64,000 bases of DNA from Eimeria praecox (lineage: Eukaryota): NCBI GenBank assembly GCA_963920595.1, contig OY986948.1:5332001-5396000 (forward strand), in the 5' to 3' direction. Within the stretch, counting starts at the first letter, position 1; every line of letters begins with the position of its first letter. Shown one piece after another: positions 1 to 10,599 of this stretch. The notes under the pieces were generated by a model that was given only the letters and a program-made list of their open reading frames with translations, was not told the origin of the DNA and ran no database searches. The translations under genes and the position numbers were made by a program.

Positions 1-563
1 GTGGCTGGAGCGTTGGATGCAGTGTGGGAAGGGTTTGAGTGGAGTTGGGTATTGGTGGTGGCGAATAATGCGGTTGTGTATGCGTTGGATGCAGTTTGGG
101 GAGGCTTGAGGGCGTGTAGGGTGAAGAGTAGAGCGTTAGAGTATATGAAGAGTGTCAGTGATTTGATTGTGCTGTTGTTTGGATGGGGGAGGGGCTGGGG
201 ACAGCGAGGGTTGGAGAAGATGTTATGTCGTTGTTTGAGGTGTGTGTTCAGGAGCAGCAAGTGGTTTTGGTGATGAGCAAGGACTAGGATACATTCCGGG
301 TGGTTTGTGTTTGATGGTTTGTGTCTGGTGGGGATGTTGGAAGTTGGGTGGATGTTTGCTGGGTGTTGGGTGGTTTAGATTTGTGCTGCGTTATGTCAGC
401 TCTAGCACATGGATTGGTTTGTGGCTGGAGCGGTTGCTGTTTGGATGGGCCAGGGGTTGTGGACAGTGGGGGTTGGTAAATTTGTTTTGTCGTTGTTTGA
501 TGTGTGTGTTCAGCCGCAGCACGTGGGTTTGCCGATGAGCAAGGAATAGTCTGTATTTGCGGT
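1..563. repeat. Diverged ~420-bp monomers flanking the 844-bp core on the left; array runs off the window start
   Basis: gtggctggagcg occurs at 1 and 421 (period 420). Motif order matches the core (gtttgagtggagttgggtattggtggtggcg, tgtttggatggg, cagcaagtgg). The copy at 421 lacks ~158 bp. Confidence 0.9.
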
Positions 564-604
564 AGTTTGTGTTTGATGGTTTTTGTATGTGGCTATTATG
601 GTAT

Positions 605-640
605 GGGTGTTGGATGTTTGCTGGGTGTTGGATGTTTTAG
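605..640. repeat. Internal 18-bp tandem duplication in the ~420-bp monomer (gggtgttggatgtttgct x2)
   Basis: gggtgttggatgttt occurs at 605 and 623. It is expanded to 3-4 degenerate copies at ~5251-5310 and ~5698-5757. Confidence 0.8.
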
Positions 641-780
641 GATTGTGTTGCGTTATGTTGCCTGTAGCACGGGGGGTCGTTTGTTTCCAGGGTAGTGGAT
701 GGTGATGCGCGATGGTTTGAGTGGAATTGGGTATTGGTGGTGGCGTATGATGTTGTTGTGTATGAGTTGGATGGAGTGTC

Positions 781-803
781 GGGAAGGGCTTGGGCGTGTA
801 GGG
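781..803 (+). other. Canonical G-quadruplex motif in the 844-bp unit (recurs every 844 bp)
   Basis: GGG-aa-GGG-ctt-GGG-cgtgta-GGG fits G3+N1-7 x4. Motif match only; folding is not shown. Confidence 0.6.
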
Positions 804-3800
804 TAAACACTAGAGCGTGAGAGGATATGAGGAGTGGCAGCTATTCGAATGTGTTGTTGTTTGGATAGGGGAGGGGTTGTGGACAGTGGGGGTTGGCGAA
901 GTTGGTTTGTGGTTGTTTGAGATGTATGTTTAGGCGCAGCAAGTGCGTTTGCTTATGAGCAGGGAATATGCTATATTTGGGGTATTTTTTTGTTGTTAGT
1001 TTTTGTATGTTGCTATTATGGTATGGGTGTTGATTGTTTGCTGGGTGTTGGATGTTTGAGGATTGTCTTGCGTTATGCCGGCTGTAGCACAGGGAGTCGT
1101 TTGTGCCTGGAGCGGTGAATGACGACGTACGTTGGTTTGAGTGGAGTTGGGTATTGGCGGTGGCGTATAATGTTGTTGTGTATGTGTTGGATGGAGTGTC
1201 GGGAGGGGCGTGAGCGTGTAGGGTGGAGCGTAGGGCGTGAGAAGATATGATGAGTGTCATCGACTTGATTGGGCTGTTGTTTGGTTGGGCGAAGGGTGGT
1301 GGACAATGAGGGTTGGTGAATTTGTTTTGTGGTTGTTTGAGGTGTGTGTTCAGGGCCAGCAAGTGGGTTTGCTGATGAGGAGGGAAGGAGTATGATGTAT
1401 TTCCGGCAGTTTGTGTTTGATGGTTTTTGTATGTGGCTATTATGGTATGGGTGTTGGATGTTTGCTGGGTGTTGGATGTTTTAGGATTGTGTTGCGTTAT
1501 GTTGCCTGTAGCACGGGGGGTCGTTTGTTTCCAGGGTAGTGGATGGTGATGCGCGATGGTTTGAGTGGAATTGGGTATTGGTGGTGGCGTATGATGTTGT
1601 TGTGTATGAGTTGGATGGAGTGTCGGGAAGGGCTTGGGCGTGTAGGGTAAACACTAGAGCGTGAGAGGATATGAGGAGTGGCAGCTATTCGAATGTGCTG
1701 TTGTTTGGATAGGGGAGGGGTTGTGGACAGTGGGGGTTGGCGAAGTTGGTTTGTGGTTGTTTGAGATGTATGTTTAGGCGCAGCAAGTGCGTTTGCTTAT
1801 GAGCAGGGAATATGCTATATTTGGGGTACTTTTTTGTTGTTAGTTTTTGTATGTTGCTATTATGGTATGGGTGTTGATTGTTTGCTGGGTGTTGGATGTT
1901 TGAGGATTGTCTTGCGTTATGCCGGCTGTAGCACAGGGAGTCGTTTGTGCCTGGAGCGGTGAATGACGACGTACGTTGGTTTGAGTGGAGTTGGGTATTG
2001 GCGGTGGCGTATAATGTTGTTGTGTATGTGTTGGATGGAGTGTCGGGAGGGGCGTGAGCGTGTAGGGTGGAGCGTAGGGCGTGAGAAGATATGATGAGTG
2101 TCATCGACTTGATTGGGCTGTTGTTTGGTTGGGCGAAGGGTGGTGGACAATGAGGGTTGGTGAATTTGTTTTGTGGTTGTTTGAGGTGTGTGTTCAGGGC
2201 CAGCAAGTGGGTTTGCTGATGAGGAGGGAAGGAGTATGATGTATTTCCGGCAGTTTGTGTTTGATGGTTTTTGTATGTGGCTATTATGGTATGGGTGTTG
2301 GATGTTTGCTGGGTGTTGGATGTTTTAGGATTGTGTTGCGTTATGTTGCCTGTAGCACGGGGGGTCGTTTGTTTCCAGGGTAGTGGATGGTGATGCGCGA
2401 TGGTTTGAGTGGAATTGGGTATTGGTGGTGGCGTATGATGTTGTTGTGTATGAGTTGGATGGAGTGTCGGGAAGGGCTTGGGCGTGTAGGGTAAACACTA
2501 GAGCGTGAGAGGATATGAGGAGTGGCAGCTATTCGAATGTGTTGTTGTTTGGATAGGGGAGGGGTTGTGGACAGTGGGGGTTGGCGAAGTTGGTTTGTGG
2601 TTGTTTGAGATGTATGTTTAGGCGCAGCAAGTGCGTTTGCTTATGAGCAGGGAATATGCTATATTTGGGGTATTTTTTTGTTGTTAGTTTTTGTATGTTG
2701 CTATTATGGTATGGGTGTTGATTGTTTGCTGGGTGTTGGATGTTTGAGGATTGTCTTGCGTTATGCCGGCTGTAGCACAGGGAGTCGTTTGTGCCTGGAG
2801 CGGTGAATGACGACGTACGTTGGTTTGAGTGGAGTTGGGTATTGGCGGTGGCGTATAATGCTGTTGTGTATGTGTTGGATGGAGTGTCGGGAGGGGCGTG
2901 AGCGTGTAGGGTGGAGCGTAGGGCGTGAGAAGATATGATGAGTGTCATCGACTTGATTGGGCTGTTGTTTGGTTGGGCGAAGGGTGGTGGACAATGAGGG
3001 TTGGTGAATTTGTTTTGTGGTTGTTTGAGGTGTGTGTTCAGGGCCAGCAAGTGGGTTTGCTGATGAGGAGGGAAGGAGTATGATGTATTTCCGGCAGTTT
3101 GTGTTTGATGGTTTTTGTATGTGGCTATTATGGTATGGGTGTTGGATGTTTGCTGGGTGTTGGATGTTTTAGGATTGTGTTGCGTTATGTTGCCTGTAGC
3201 ACGGGGGGTCGTTTGTTTCCAGGGTAGTGGATGGTGATGCGCGATGGTTTGAGTGGAATTGGGTATTGGTGGTGGCGTATGATGTTGTTGTGTATGAGTT
3301 GGATGGAGTGTCGGGAAGGGCTTGGGCGTGTAGGGTAAACACTAGAGCGTGAGAGGATATGAGGAGTGGCAGCTATTCGAATGTGTTGTTGTTTGGATAG
3401 GGGAGGGGTTGTGGACAGTGGGGGTTGGCGAAGTTGGTTTGTGGTTGTTTGAGATGTATGTTTAGGCGGAGCGAGTGCGTTTGCTTATGAGCAGGGAATA
3501 TGCTATGTTTGGGGTATTTTTTTGTTGTTAGTTTTTGTATGTTGCTATTATGGTATGGGTGTTGAATGTTTGCTGGGTGTTGGATGTTTGAGGATTGTGT
3601 TGCGTTATGTCGGCTGTAGCATAGGGAGTCGTTTGTGCCTGGAGTGGTGAATGGTGACGTACGTTGGTTTGAGTGGAGTTGGGTATTGGTGGTGGCGTAT
3701 AATGTTGTTGTGTATGTGTTGGATGGAGTGTCGGGAGGGGCATGGGCGTGTAGGGTGGAGCGTAGGGCGTGAGAAGGTATGAGGAATGTCATCGACTTGA

Positions 3801-4842
3801 TTGGGCTGTTGTTTGGTTGGGCGAAGGGTGGTGGACAATGAGGGTTGGCGAATTTGTTTTCTCGCTGTTTGAGGTGTGCGTTCAGGGGCAGCAAGTGGGT
3901 TTGCTGATGAGGAGGGAAGGAGTATGATGTATTTCCGGCAGTTTGTGTTTGATGGTTTTTGTATGTGGCTATTATGGTATGGGTGTTGGATGTTTGCTGG
4001 GTGTTGGATGTTTTAGGATTGTGTTGCGTTATGTTGCCTGTAGCACGGGGGGTCGTTTGTTTCCAGGGTAGTGGATGGTGATGCGCGATGGTTTGAGTGG
4101 AATTGGGTATTGGTGGTGGCGTATGATGTTGTTGTGTATGAGTTGGATGGAGTGTCGGGAAGGGCTTGGGCATGTAGGGTAAACACTAGAGCGTGAGAGG
4201 ATATGAGGAGTGGCAGCTATTCGAATGTGTTGTTGTTTGGATAGGGGAGGGGTTGTGGACAGTGGGGGTTGGCGAAGTTGGTTTGTGGTTGTTTGAGATG
4301 TATGTTTAGGCGGAGCGAGTGCGTTTGCTTATGAGCAGGGAATATGCTATGTTTGGGGTATTTTTTTGTTGTTAGTTTTTGTATGTTGCTATTATGGTAT
4401 GGGTGTTGAATGTTTGCTGGGTGTTGGATGTTTGAGGATTGTGTTGCGTTATGTCGGCTGTAGCATAGGGAGTCGTTTGTGCCTGGAGTGGTGAATGGTG
4501 ACGTACGTTGGTTTGAGTGGAGTTGGGTATTGGTGGTGGCGTATAATGTTGTTGTGTATGTGTTGGATGGAGTGTCGGGAGGGGCATGGGCGTGTAGGGT
4601 GGAGCGTAGGGCGTGAGAAGGTATGAGGAATGTCATTGACTTGATTGGGCTGTTGTTTGGTTGGGCGAAGGGTGGTGGACAATGAGGGTTGGCGAATTTG
4701 TTTTCTCGCTGTTTGAGGTGTGCGTTCAGGGGCAGCAAGTGGGTTTGCTGATGAGGAGGGAAGGAGTATGATGTATTTCCGGCAGTTTGTGTTTGATGGT
4801 TTTTGTATGTGGCTATTATGGTATGGGTGTTGGATGTTTGCT

Positions 4843-6110
4843 AGGTGGTGGATGCTTTCGGATTGGGTTGGCGTATTGCGGGTGCTGCACAAGGAGTCGT
4901 TTGTGTTCAGAGCTGTGGGTGCTGGTGTGCGAAGGGTTTGAGTGAAGTCGGGTATTGTTGGCGCCAGGATATGTTGTTGTGTATGCGTTGGATGTTCTGC
5001 TGGGTGGAAGGACGGCGTGTGGGTTGAAGGCAAGAGCGTCAGAGTATAAGAATCTAAGGCAGCGATTTGAATGGGCTGCTGTTTTTCTTGTCGGCAAGGG
5101 GTTGTGGACAGGGAGGGCTGGCGCAGTTGGTTTGTGTTGTAATTGAGGTGGATTTGTAGGCGGACCCGGTGCGTTTGCTGATGAGCAAAAACTAGGATTC
5201 ATTTCCTGTGGTTTGTGCTTGATGCTTTTTGTACGTGGCTATTATGGTATGGGTGTTGGATGCTGAGTGGATGTTGGCTGGGTGTTGAATGTTGGTTGGG
5301 TGTTGGAAGCTTTAGAATTGGGTTGCGGCGTGGCGCGTCTAGCACGGGGAGTTGTTTGTTTCTCGAGCGGTCTACGGGGGTTTGCGAGGGGTTGAGTGGA
5401 GCCGGGTATTGTTAGTTGGACAGTGTGTTGTTGTGTATGCGTTGGCTGCTCTTACGGGAGGAGAGAGGGCGTGTAGGGTGAAGATTAGCGCGTCACAGGA
5501 GACGAGGCGTGTCATCGATTTGAATGGGTTGCTGTTTGGATGGACGAGGGGTCGTGGGCAGTGAGGGGAGGCGAAGGTGGGTTATTGTTTTTTGAAGTGT
5601 GTGTTCAGACGCAGCAAGTGAGTTTCCTGATGAGGAGGGAAGGGGTATGATCTATATCCGGCATTTTCGTTTTCTTGGGGTTGCCAGTGGATGGTATGGG
5701 TGTTGGATAATTGCTGGATGTTCGATGGGTGTTGGATGCTGACTGGGTGTTGAATGCTCAAGGAATGGGTTGCGTTATGCCGCCTCTAGCACAGGGAGTC
5801 GTTTGCGTGCTGGGTGTAGATGCGGATGTGCGTTGGTTTGAGTGGAGTCGGGTATTGCTGGTGAGGGCAGCGTGCTGTTGTGTATGTGTTGAACGCATTA
5901 CTGGGAGGGGGGGAGGGCTCGTAGGTCGAAGACTACGTCAGAGGATATGAGGATTGGCAGCGATGGGAATGGGTTGTTGTTGGGGTGGGCGAGGGGTCGT
6001 GGATTATGAGGAGAGGCGAAGTTGGTTTGCGGTTTTTTGAGGTGGTTGCCTAGGCGGAACGACTGCGTTTGCTGCTGAGCAAGGAATAGTCTGTATTTCT
6101 GGTAGTTTGT
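4843..6110. repeat. About three diverged ~420-450-bp monomers flanking the 844-bp core on the right
   Basis: Monomer motifs recur with many substitutions: gggtatt at ~4950, ~5404, ~5850; ttgtgtatg at ~4977, ~5431, ~5878; tggtatgggtgttggat at ~5245, ~5692. Confidence 0.88.
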
Positions 6111-6839
6111 GCTCATTAGTGGGAGCTGCGGTTTTGAATTTGGCATTGGGGCTTGTTCTGGCGTGTGTAGTGAGTGGACGGGCGAGAAAGAGAAGTTCTG
6201 GGGGCCGAAGACGAGAGCCTCAGAGGGCCAGGCCAGTGGAAGTCGTGCACTTCCCTGGTGCTGGTCGTCGGGCTTTGGGTAGAGAAAGAGGCAGTATGGG
6301 ACAAATAGCAGGGTATGTTGGATTGTTGTTTTGGGTTTGAGAATGGAGTGCGTGCCAATAGCATGCGCGCCTGTTTAACCGTGTGGAGGATGTTGGGAGG
6401 CGTGTGTGCTTTGGTGGAGGCATTGAGTTTATGCGACCTGCAACTCGCCGTAATGCGGTGCTGCTTGGGTAAGTGGCAGGCGGCAGTGGGGCTGGTTCCG
6501 TCGGACCTCTGCATTGAAATGAAGCTGTGGAAGGGATGCGGGTGATGCATTTTGTTCGGTGTTCGTTCCCCTTCCAGCAAGAATCTATTGGCTGACGGTG
6601 CCCCACGTAGTCAGGTGCATCATCTTGCAGTTCATTTCAAGAGTGGTTTTGGGCCGCTTATCCTGTGTGATGTCAGATCTATCCTAGGATAAGCATTTAC
6701 GGACCATTACGAGGAGAGCTCGAGGATGATCGTGGGCCCGAATCGTGGAATTATGCAGTTGCGTGCTCGGGCGAATGGGCGAGACGTGGCGAAGCTTTCT
6801 CTAGCGTGACGACCTCGCGTTGGTTTGTGCAGACCGTAT

Positions 6840-9800
6840 GCAGTTTATTATATGCTAACGTTGTGGAGATGCAGAGCGCTTAGCAGCGCGAACAATTTAT
6901 ATCAGCTCTGGAACGCCCGAAGCAAAATCCATTTTCTGGGTGCAGTTATGGAAACGTTCCCTTGTCAAACTGCCAGATGGTAGACATCGACGGAAATGCA
7001 CACATATTTTGTGGAGTCTCAGTGTGAGGATTGAGTGGGATTCCGTTTTGCTCTAGCCGTGGCTCTCCTTTGTTTAAGTTACGAGCACTCTACCATTACA
7101 AACGCTGTTAGTGAATTGACGGGGAAGTTTATGGGCAGCGCTATTTGTCATAGGAGAAAGCAGCGGCTCGCGGTGGTTCTCCTCGAGCTGTTAGTTGCAT
7201 TAGCATTCAGCCCCAGTATGCTTGATGGTAGCGTTTCTGCAGAGGACAACAATATTGAACGCCAGAACAGGGGCGCCAGCGCGGCCAACACGAGCTGTGA
7301 ACATCGGCCTGACGCGTGCACGGTAGGAAGAAGAGGTTACAGAGTAGCGCACATAGCACGCCTGCATATGCATCCACGGCAAGCATGAAATCGTGCGCCT
7401 TAATGCCTCTGTCTTACCTTTGTCGACTCGAATTGCTCCGATTCCCGTTATTTTTCCAACCAGCAACCACTGGATAAGCAGGCCATTTGCAGTTGGCTGC
7501 ATGCCTTTGCGATTTCTACTAAGCCCAGGTTTCATTCGCTTGCCCTGGTTGTTAGGCGGGGACCTGTGGGGCTGCATGCGTGACGACCATGAAGTTACGT
7601 AGTCTGCGTGCGTCAACAGAAGCGGCACTTCCCAGCATTCGTTGGCGTTGCGCTCGTGTCCTATTTTCCCCAGATAGTATGGGCAAAATTAGCGCGCAGG
7701 CTTGAGGAAACGCAAAGTGCTTAGAAGTACGAGAATTTTGTTGATAGTCTGGGACATCCGAAGCAAGTTCAGCTTCCTGGTGCGATGCGGATAGGCTAAC
7801 GTTTCAGGTTGTACGAAAGCAGGCACGGCTGTGTATATGCATGCTGGTGGGTTTGCAACATGAGGAGGAATAGGAGCCATTTTTAAAGCCGTGGTTGATT
7901 TTTGTTTCTAGTAGGATGAGGCAAATCGGGAACACGATGTGGTTTACGAGGTGATGTTTGACTTTATAAATGATGTCAGTGAATAGATGAGACAGTTATG
8001 CGCACCGGTGTACGCGCTAGGATGATCAGTGAATGCTCAGTAATATGTGTATGGCGCTTGGCGTGGTTAAGCGTGATAATAGTTGTTCTAGGGAGGACAT
8101 CAATAGCATAGGACAGTGCAGGCACGCCTTCATGGCGCTAGCATGGAAGAATACAGATTTTGTAATGCAGGTAAGTCTTTCTGCTTTGTGCTCGGGGTTG
8201 GTTCAACCTGCTAGTGTATTCCTGTTTGACGCAGTTTGTATCTCGCGGCAGCATCCAATATTTAGCGGAGATTTAGGGGATCTGTATCTCTGAGCATCAT
8301 GGGTTTATGAACTTCGTGTGAGGGCACCCCAAACAAGACGAGGTGCCGCATTTGTTGCTAGCGTGGCCACTCGCTGACCTGCCCAGGTAGTACGCGGATA
8401 CTTGCCTACCAGATGTGTGAAAATGGAAATCGTTTAGAGGCGCTAAAGGCGTGCAGCAACTGTACAGCACAAGAAGCAATGGCTGAATCCTCGAGCGCTT
8501 GTAGGGACCGGCACACATCAGGTTGTGAGAGCAGGGATGGGTATCGGCGTGCATGTGTGCACATTTCTGAAGTTGCGGTATGACAACATGGAGAGACCAA
8601 CGTTGCTGTAGCCGTGCTCCCCTTGGTTTTCTATATTGGCTGGGCTTTTCAGCACGCAGTGTGCTTGAGAGAGACAATATCTGCCATTGCAAAAGGTGCC
8701 AGGGAATTTGCCCGCTAGTTTATGAGCAACGATTTATTTAGTAGGAGGTGGAAGCCGCCAGGAGACTATTCGTAGCACACGTATCTCAGCGTTGGCGAGT
8801 GACCCTGTTATGCATGTTGGTTGTCGTTCTGTGGAGGATGCGAGTAGCAAAGGGAAGAACGCCCCCGAAGATACGAAGGAGCACGAGTTGTACGATTCCG
8901 TATAGCGCGTTTACAAAAACCTCGAGCTGATAGTTCTGGAGGATGCTAAGCGCTTGTCGGGATTAATTGAACCGCTTTGTGTTCCATGTTTGTCCATTGT
9001 ATGCATGTGTGAAGCATCTCGATGATGCTCTTTCGGGGTTGATAGCATGAGGCATGGTGATCGTATCGCAGTCCCATCAATAATCAGGGTGAACGAGGAA
9101 CAGGACGCATTTTTTCGCATGCTTGCGATTTATCCTGCTTTCGATTCCCGTCCCTGTTCCAACGAGCAGCGAATGGGCAGGTAGCTATATATACCCACAC
9201 GCATCTTTTCGCAACTGGTATTAAGCTTGAGCATAGCTCACTTGCCGTTAGGAACATCAGCTTGGTATGCGAATAGAATTGCATGCAATGTTGGATTGTT
9301 AGCTAGTGGAACAGTGTGGGGTTATGTAGCGTACGCGTGCGCCAAGGGGTGCAGGCTCATGAAGCCATCTGTGGGGTTGCGATCGCTCGCTATTTTGCCC
9401 AGATAGTACGCACCTAACTAAAGGTCAAAGGGAGCAGACACGTGAAGAATTCGGCTGCTCGCAAAGCTTTTAGCGCGCTTGAAGGGCTTGAAGCAAATTC
9501 AACTTCCTGCCGCGGTGATGGGCACTCTTGCGCTTCAGATTGTATGATTGCTGATATGGATCTGCTTCTGCATGCACGCAGATTTGTGGAGTTGCATGAG
9601 AGAGGACACAGAAGCAAACATTACTTCAGCCATGCGCTTCCATGGTTTTGCACTGGGGCGGGGTGATCCGGCGAACCAGTTATGTGTTTAGGCGACAGAG
9701 TCCTACAGAGTCCAGCATATAGTTAGCAGCGTCCACGCGATGGCTGGTCCAAACATCTCAATAGTATTGACTCCCGGGCCAGTTATCTATAGTTTTGGTT

Positions 9801-9850
9801 CTTCTGAGGAGGGCAGGAGTAGGGAACGGTAGGGCTTGGCCAATAACGCA
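6840..9850. repeat. Highly degenerate (fossil) copies of the downstream 1.4-1.8-kb satellite family, irregular 0.7-1.0-kb spacing
   Basis: By-eye alignments. 7089 tctaccattacaaacgctgttagtgaattgacggggaagtttatgggcagcgctat vs 13060 tctggcattacagtcggtgttagtacatgtgcgaggcagtatatgagcggcgctat. 6994 aaatgcacacatattttgtggagtctcagtgtgagg vs satellite aaatgcacacagatttgtggagctggagtgtgagg. cccag(a/g)tagta recurs at 7669, 8382, 9398. Confidence 0.7.
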
Positions 9851-10599
9851 GCCACCACGCGTTGTGTAGATCCACATGCGGCTAGCATAAAACCATGCGG
9901 GGCTCGTAGCTCACCATTGCGTTACACCAGCCAAAGCATTACCCGTAGTGCAGACGAACTCTTCTGGTTTGGCGAGACTAGTCCAGCTGCGCGGTCTTAG
10001 CACCATTCTAGGCGCCACTCGTCAATGTATCGCTGATAGCCTTCCATGCAAGCCATCTCGAGATATGATGTTTATACCGCATGACCTTCAACATCAGCGG
10101 CAAAGGTTATGGGGCTCGAATTAGGTCACGTGCGTGACATATTAGTGCCTCATACGATTTTATATTGTGGCAGGTATTCTACAAAGGACGAGGACAGCGA
10201 GCGGCGAAAGCACCCCGGAAGGCGGCCTGCACGAGTTGTGTGCGTGCGCGTGGCACTTCCACAAAAGATACTGGAGCGCTTACCTCACTGCGTTGGTTTT
10301 TAAAACAAAAGAAGGCGGACCGCACAGCTCAGGATAATGCTTCTGATTTGGCGCACTTACCACTGCGGTTCTGTGTTCGGAAGGTTTGCATTTTGCGAGC
10401 TGCCCCTCACTCGTCGCAACGTGGCATGCAACGGCAAAGAGGAGACTTCAGCTCGATCCAGTAGGCAGAATCGGGCAGGACGCAGGCTATCTGCTTACAC
10501 ACAGTGGATATCTCCCCATAATCCTCACCATATTTGATCATCCTTGCACCTCTAGCACGACGGGGCTGGGCAATGGCAATAGCCAAGGCCATATGGAGA

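Larger units (their letters stand above)
564..4842. repeat. Homogenised 844-bp tandem repeat (dimer of related ~420 + ~424 bp monomers), ~5 copies, G+T-rich on + strand
   Basis: Identical or near-identical ORFs have left coordinates 841, 1685, 2529, 3373, 4217 (period 844). The motif gctattatggtatgggtgttg occurs at ~592, ~1012, ~1436 (spacing 420 then 424), showing the dimeric substructure. Confidence 0.97.

Noticed and set aside
841..5033. 173-266 aa minus-strand ORFs in the 844-bp array
   Set aside because: They are explained by the C/A-rich strand being poor in stop codons. The products are low-complexity H/T/N/P/Q sequences, the period is not a multiple of 3, and ORF lengths vary between copies.
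9899..9990. ggggctcgtagctca resembles a tRNA 5' end
   Set aside because: No T-loop GTTCRA motif, no acceptor-stem complement and no cloverleaf downstream.
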